Shown here piece after piece: positions 59,323-63,203 of a stretch of 63,203 nt of DNA (positions within the stretch are counted from its first letter, which is position 1; each line of letters opens with the position of its first letter). Source of the stretch: an uncultured Gemmatimonadaceae bacterium (GTDB lineage Bacteria; Gemmatimonadota; Gemmatimonadetes; Gemmatimonadales; GWC2-71-9); the NCBI GenBank assembly GCA_964475685.1, contig CAYYXP010000258.1, positions 1 to 63,203 of the forward strand. The letters run 5' to 3'. The notes beneath the pieces were generated by a model. It saw only the letters and a list, made by a program, of their open reading frames with translations. It was not told where the DNA came from and searched no databases. The position numbers were made by a program, and so were the translations under genes.

Positions 59323-60117
59323 GTGGCTGACCCGCTGCTCAAGGCGGCACTGCTGGGCATCGTCGAAGGCGTCACCGAGTTCATTCCGGTCTCATCCACG
59401 GGACACCTCATCGTGGTGAGCCAGTGGCTTGGCGAGGTAGGCGAACGCGCGAAGACCTTCGAGATCTTCATCCAGCTCGGCGCCATCCTCGCCATCGTGT
59501 GGCTCTACCGCGCCCGCCTCGGACGAGCCGGACTCGAGGCCCTCCGGGGAGGCCCCGGCCGGCGGCTCCTGGCCAACATGATTCTCGGGTTCATTCCCGT
59601 CGCGGTGGTCGGGCTCGTGGCCCACGACTGGATCAAGGAGCGGCTGTTCAACCCCGTCGTCGTCGCCGGGGCGTCCATCGCCGGCGGCCTGGTCATCCTG
59701 CTGATCGAGCGGTGGCGGCCGGCACTGCGCATCGGTGACGTCGGCGCGGTGCCGGCCCGGACCGCGCTGGGTATCGGTCTGGTGCAGATTCTCTCGCTGA
59801 TTCCCGGCACATCGCGCTCGGGCGCAACCATCATGGGTGGATACGCGCTGGGGCTTTCCCGGACCGCCGCCACCGAATTCTCCTTTTTTCTCTCGATTCC
59901 GGTGATGTTCGCCGCCACCATCTTCGAGCTCAGGTCCGCCTGGCCCACCCTGTCCGCGGCCGATGTCCCTGCGTTTGCCGTCGGATTCGTGACGGCGTTT
60001 CTCTCGGCGCTCGTGGTGGTCAAGCTGTTCATCGGGTTCGTGTCCCGGAACAGCTTCGCGGTCTTCGCCTGGTATCGGATCGCCCTCGGCGTCTTCCTCC
60101 TGCTCCTCGTGCGGTGA
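59323..60117 (+). CDS. uppP: Undecaprenyl-diphosphate phosphatase
   Basis: GVTEFIPVSSTGHL, PGTSRSGATI. About 8 TM segments. Confidence 0.92.
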   Translation: MADPLLKAALLGIVEGVTEFIPVSSTGHLIVVSQWLGEVGERAKTFEIFIQLGAILAIVWLYRARLGRAGLEALRGGPGRRLLANMILGFIPVAVVGLVAHDWIKERLFNPVVVAGASIAGGLVILLIERWRPALRIGDVGAVPARTALGIGLVQILSLIPGTSRSGATIMGGYALGLSRTAATEFSFFLSIPVMFAATIFELRSAWPTLSAADVPAFAVGFVTAFLSALVVVKLFIGFVSRNSFAVFAWYRIALGVFLLLLVR

Positions 60118-60845
60118 CGCCGACACTTCCCTTGATCCATCGCTTCGATCGCGTGGCTTCCACCATGGACGTGCTCCATGCGAGGGCGCTCGAAGGGGCG
60201 CCCGCGGGCACCGCCGTGCTCGCGGCCGAACAGACCGGCGCACGCGGCTCGCGGGGAAATCCCTGGATCTCGCCCGCCGGCGGTCTCTGGCTCAGCGTGC
60301 TTCTGCGGCCGGAACGGCCGTCCGGGCTCGATCTTCTCAGCCTCCGCGCGGGACTGGGGATATCCGAAGCGTTGTCGTCCATGGGGCCGGGCACCCCGAT
60401 CCGGATCAAGTGGCCCAACGACCTCATGCTCGGCGACAGGAAAGTGGGCGGGATTCTCTGTGAAGCGCGATGGCAGGGCGATGCTCTCGGTTGGGTGGTC
60501 GTCGGGCTCGGCCTTAACGTGACCAACCCGGTGCCCGAGGGGTTGCGTCAATCGGCCGGCAACCTGGCCGACCGCCTTCCCGGACGTACGGCAGCCGACC
60601 TGGCGGAACCGATTGCCGATGTGATCCGGCGGATCGAGACGGAAACATCCACCCTCTCGGAGGTGGAGGCCGAGCGCTTTCATGCCCTGGACTGGCTCCG
60701 CGGTCGGCCGCTGAAGGCTCCCTCCGCGGGTGTGGCCGACGGGATCGCGGCGGACGGGGCGCTGCTCCTCCGGCTCGGAGACGGCCGCCGGGTGGCCCTG
60801 CGCGCCGGGCCGGTCGAATTGGCCGACGCCTCCTTTCGCGCGTAA
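60114..60845 (+). CDS. birA: Biotin--[acetyl-CoA-carboxylase] ligase (no N-terminal HTH domain visible)
   Basis: GTGA overlap. EQTGARGSRGNPWISP, IKWPNDLMLGDRKVGGIL. Confidence 0.85.
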   Translation: MTPTLPLIHRFDRVASTMDVLHARALEGAPAGTAVLAAEQTGARGSRGNPWISPAGGLWLSVLLRPERPSGLDLLSLRAGLGISEALSSMGPGTPIRIKWPNDLMLGDRKVGGILCEARWQGDALGWVVVGLGLNVTNPVPEGLRQSAGNLADRLPGRTAADLAEPIADVIRRIETETSTLSEVEAERFHALDWLRGRPLKAPSAGVADGIAADGALLLRLGDGRRVALRAGPVELADASFRA

Positions 60846-60854
60846 CTTCGAGCC

Positions 60855-61634
60855 ATGCTCCTCACCCTCGATATCGGGAACACCGAGACCACGCTGGGCC
60901 TGTTCAACCGCGATGAACTCGAGGCCCACTGGCGGATGACCACGAACCCCGACCGTACCCCGGACGAGTGGGGCAGCGCGGTCGGGGCGTTTCTCATCCA
61001 GGCGGGGCACTCGCCCAACGAGGTGCGCGCCGTGTGTCTCGCCTCGGTGGCGCCGTCGGTCACCCAGAGTGTGGTGGAAGGGATCGCGCGTTCCACCGGG
61101 CGGACCGGTGTTCCGGTGGACTCGCGGTCGCCGCTTCCGATTACGCTCGATGTGGACGAGCCGCTGAGCGTGGGCGCCGACCGCATCGTGAACGCACTCG
61201 CGGCGGCGGAGTTGTATCGGGCGGACACGATCGTGGTGGATTTCGGCACCGCCACGACCTTCGATTGCGTCACGGTGGACGCGCGATTCCTCGGTGGGGT
61301 CATCATGCCGGGACTCCGCACCGCGGCGGACCAGCTCACCCGGCGGGCGGCGAAGCTGCCGGCCACCGAGCTTCGCGCCCCCGCGCGCGTCATCGGCCGG
61401 CGCACCGAGGAGTGCATCCAGGCCGGGGTTCTCTACGGCACGGTGGACGCGGTGGACGGATTGGTGCGCCGGATTCGCGAGGAATGGCCCGGCGGTCGGC
61501 GTCCGGGGGTCGTGGCCACGGGCGGACTCGCGGCGATCATCGCGCCGCTCTCGTCCACCATCGAACGGACCGATCCCGACCTCACCCTCCATGGGCTCCG
61601 GCTGGCCGCGAAGTACCTCGGGATGGAATGGTGA
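60855..61634 (+). CDS. coaX: Type III pantothenate kinase
   Basis: LLTLDIGNT, GADRIVN, VDFGTATTFD. Confidence 0.92.
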   Translation: MLLTLDIGNTETTLGLFNRDELEAHWRMTTNPDRTPDEWGSAVGAFLIQAGHSPNEVRAVCLASVAPSVTQSVVEGIARSTGRTGVPVDSRSPLPITLDVDEPLSVGADRIVNALAAAELYRADTIVVDFGTATTFDCVTVDARFLGGVIMPGLRTAADQLTRRAAKLPATELRAPARVIGRRTEECIQAGVLYGTVDAVDGLVRRIREEWPGGRRPGVVATGGLAAIIAPLSSTIERTDPDLTLHGLRLAAKYLGMEW

Positions 61635-62548
61635 CGCCCGCCCGGGCAGCGGGCTACGCGCTGTTCGGGACTCGTTTCGACTACCTGCTGCACCTCCGGC
61701 CGGCCGAGTGGCCGATCATGGCTGCGCACACCGCGGTCGGCTATCTGCTCGCCGAGGGCCTCGCCGCCGCGAGTACCGGGCGGCATCTCGGCGCGGCCGT
61801 CTCCGGTCTTCTCCTCTGGGTGGTGTGCCTCAACGGCGGTACCCTGGCTCTCAACAGCGCCTTCGATCGCGACGAGGGCGACGTCGCCTACCTCAGGCAG
61901 CCGCCTCCGCCTCCGCGCGGGCTCGCCGGGTTCAGCCTCGGGCTGATGGCGGCCGGCCTGATGGGTGCCTTCCTCCTTCCGCTTCCCTTCGCGGTCGCGT
62001 ATGCCGGTTGTGCGGTTCTTTCCGTGCTCTACTCGGTTCCGCCGTTTCGCCTCAAGGCGGTGGCCGGGGCCGATTGGGTGATCAACATGTGGGGCTTCGG
62101 TACGCTCACCCCTTACGCCGGGTGGGCGGCCACCGGTGTGCCGGTGGATCCGGCGCGCGGGCTCGTGCTGCTGGCGTTCTGCCCACTCTTCGCCGCCCTC
62201 TATCCGCTCACGCAACTCTACCAGATCGAGGAGGACCGCCGCCGAGGCGACCGCACGTTCGCTGCCGCGCTTGGGCCCGTGCGGAGCCTCGATGTCGCGC
62301 TTGCCGCCGCGGCAATCGGGTTCGGGTTGCTCGGAGCCGGAGCGGTACGGGCAGGGTGGCGGTTTCCCGGAGACGGATGGCGGGTGGCGGCGCTCGCAGT
62401 GGCGGCGCTCGGCTGGGCGGTGGTCCTCATTCCCTGGCGGCTCCAGGCGGGGCGGCTCTCGCCGGGGGATCACCAGCGAGGGATGTACCGGGCGCTCGCG
62501 GCCTGGGCGGTGACCGATGTCGCGGTGGTCCTGGGCTGGGCGTGGTGA
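61628..62548 (+). CDS. UbiA-superfamily prenyltransferase
   Basis: Multi-TM protein with an Asp-rich motif LNSAFDRDEGD and a second block YQIEEDRRRGD. ATG 61628 overlaps coaX by 7 nt. Confidence 0.75.
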   Translation: MVTPARAAGYALFGTRFDYLLHLRPAEWPIMAAHTAVGYLLAEGLAAASTGRHLGAAVSGLLLWVVCLNGGTLALNSAFDRDEGDVAYLRQPPPPPRGLAGFSLGLMAAGLMGAFLLPLPFAVAYAGCAVLSVLYSVPPFRLKAVAGADWVINMWGFGTLTPYAGWAATGVPVDPARGLVLLAFCPLFAALYPLTQLYQIEEDRRRGDRTFAAALGPVRSLDVALAAAAIGFGLLGAGAVRAGWRFPGDGWRVAALAVAALGWAVVLIPWRLQAGRLSPGDHQRGMYRALAAWAVTDVAVVLGWAW

Positions 62549-62614
62549 ACCCCCCTTGGCCGCGCCGAGACCGACCGGGTATGATTCGGCAGTGACCCCC
62601 CATGGGAGAAGGGC

Positions 62615-63203
62615 ATGCATCCGGCGATGGAACTCGGCGCGACGCACGACGTTACCGATGTCCCCTCGATCGTTCGAGGCGCGGTCAGACTCGGCCTGAT
62701 CGAGTCGGCGATGGTGCTCCTCTTTTCCCTGGCCTCGCGCTTTCTCCCCTCGGGACCGGCGGAGACGATTACCCTCGCGGCCATTCTCTTCGCCGGCCTC
62801 GCCGCGGTGACGCTCCTCCCCGGACTCTGGACTCGCGCTCGTGGCATCGAAGGCATTGCCGGCGCCGCCGGCATCGGGCTCGGGGCCGCGGTCGTGTTCC
62901 TCCTCGTTGACGTCACGGTCCTCCAGAACATCGGGACGTATTCTCACCGGTGGTTGGCCATCGGCGGCGGCAGCAACTGGTGGTACCATCCGGTGTGGTG
63001 GATGGCCGGCACGTTCATCCCGTGGATGGGGGCATGGCTCCTCGCGAACCGCACCGCGCGCACCGGCCAGCCGTCGGCGCCGGCCGCCTACGGAGTGGCG
63101 ATCGCCTGCACCATCATCGTCGCGATCATCGCCGTCGTCGCGGGCGTCCCCGGGGCCGGATGGAACCTGGCGACGTTCGGCGTCGGCTTCCTTCCGGGCG
63201 TTG
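62615..63203 (+). CDS. Hypothetical polytopic membrane protein (partial; open at the window end)
   Basis: It is not in the ORF track because no stop is reached. My translation from ATG 62615 gives MHPAMELGATHDV...LIESAMVLLFSLASRF...AILFAGLAAVTLLPG...GAAVVFLLVDV...WWYHPVWWMAGTFIPWMGAWLL...VAIACTIIVAIIAVVAG, with several clear TM segments. The listed ORF 62602-62910 in another frame is R-rich junk. Confidence 0.5.
   Translation, partial: MHPAMELGATHDVTDVPSIVRGAVRLGLIESAMVLLFSLASRFLPSGPAETITLAAILFAGLAAVTLLPGLWTRARGIEGIAGAAGIGLGAAVVFLLVDVTVLQNIGTYSHRWLAIGGGSNWWYHPVWWMAGTFIPWMGAWLLANRTARTGQPSAPAAYGVAIACTIIVAIIAVVAGVPGAGWNLATFGVGFLPGV

Noticed and set aside
62602-62910. Listed 102-aa + ORF at the window end.
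   Set aside because: Its translation is Arg-rich junk. A different frame starting at ATG 62615 gives a convincing multi-TM protein that stays open to the window edge.

Overview
This is a GC-rich (judged by eye, not computed), very gene-dense chromosomal segment. It holds about 60 protein-coding genes, two tRNA-Ser genes and one cobalamin riboswitch. All but three genes are on the + strand, and about twenty gene junctions are 4-nt GTGA/ATGA start-stop overlaps.

The content is mostly housekeeping:
- nusB and a GT4 glycosyltransferase.
- hpf-hprK fused to a complete mannose-family PTS with ptsH and ptsI.
- metK-ahcY.
- A B12-riboswitch-controlled operon: ABC importer, TonB-dependent receptor and a beta-propeller lipoprotein.
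- recO-selB, clpB, tadA, tRNA-Ser(CGA), an ADP-ribosylglycohydrolase, cysK and a type III glutamine synthetase.
- A catabolic cluster for an amino compound: two class-III aminotransferases, a P5C-dehydrogenase-like ALDH, CoA-transferase A/B, an APC permease and a PD40-PHP hydrolase, with a convergent thiolase.
- tRNA-Ser(GGA), pyrR-pyrB-pyrC, rpsT, scpA-scpB and a pseudouridine synthase.
- A MoxR-DUF58-BatA-E type operon.
- mutL-miaA-bshA-uppP-birA-coaX, a UbiA prenyltransferase, and a membrane protein that runs off the window end.

The gene repertoire includes a T9SS-type C-terminal domain, a Bat operon, HprK in a Gram-negative-type setting and a TonB receptor with a CarboxypepD_reg domain. 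This suggests Gemmatimonadota or a related lineage, but that is inference only.

I saw no transposase, integrase, CRISPR array, rRNA or recognisable defence or toxin genes. I cannot point to a clear-cut new multi-gene system. The best leads are:
- the beta-propeller lipoprotein at the end of the B12-riboswitch operon;
- the structured AT-rich leader, with a possible coupled uORF, upstream of the type III glutamine synthetase gene;
- an orphan protein consisting only of a signal peptide and a T9SS-like C-terminal domain;
- the catabolic cluster with its PD40-PHP fusion protein;
- an AT-rich convergent spacer that shares a roughly 23-nt motif with the glutamine synthetase leader.

All product calls rest on motifs I recognised in the translated ORFs. 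No database search was run.
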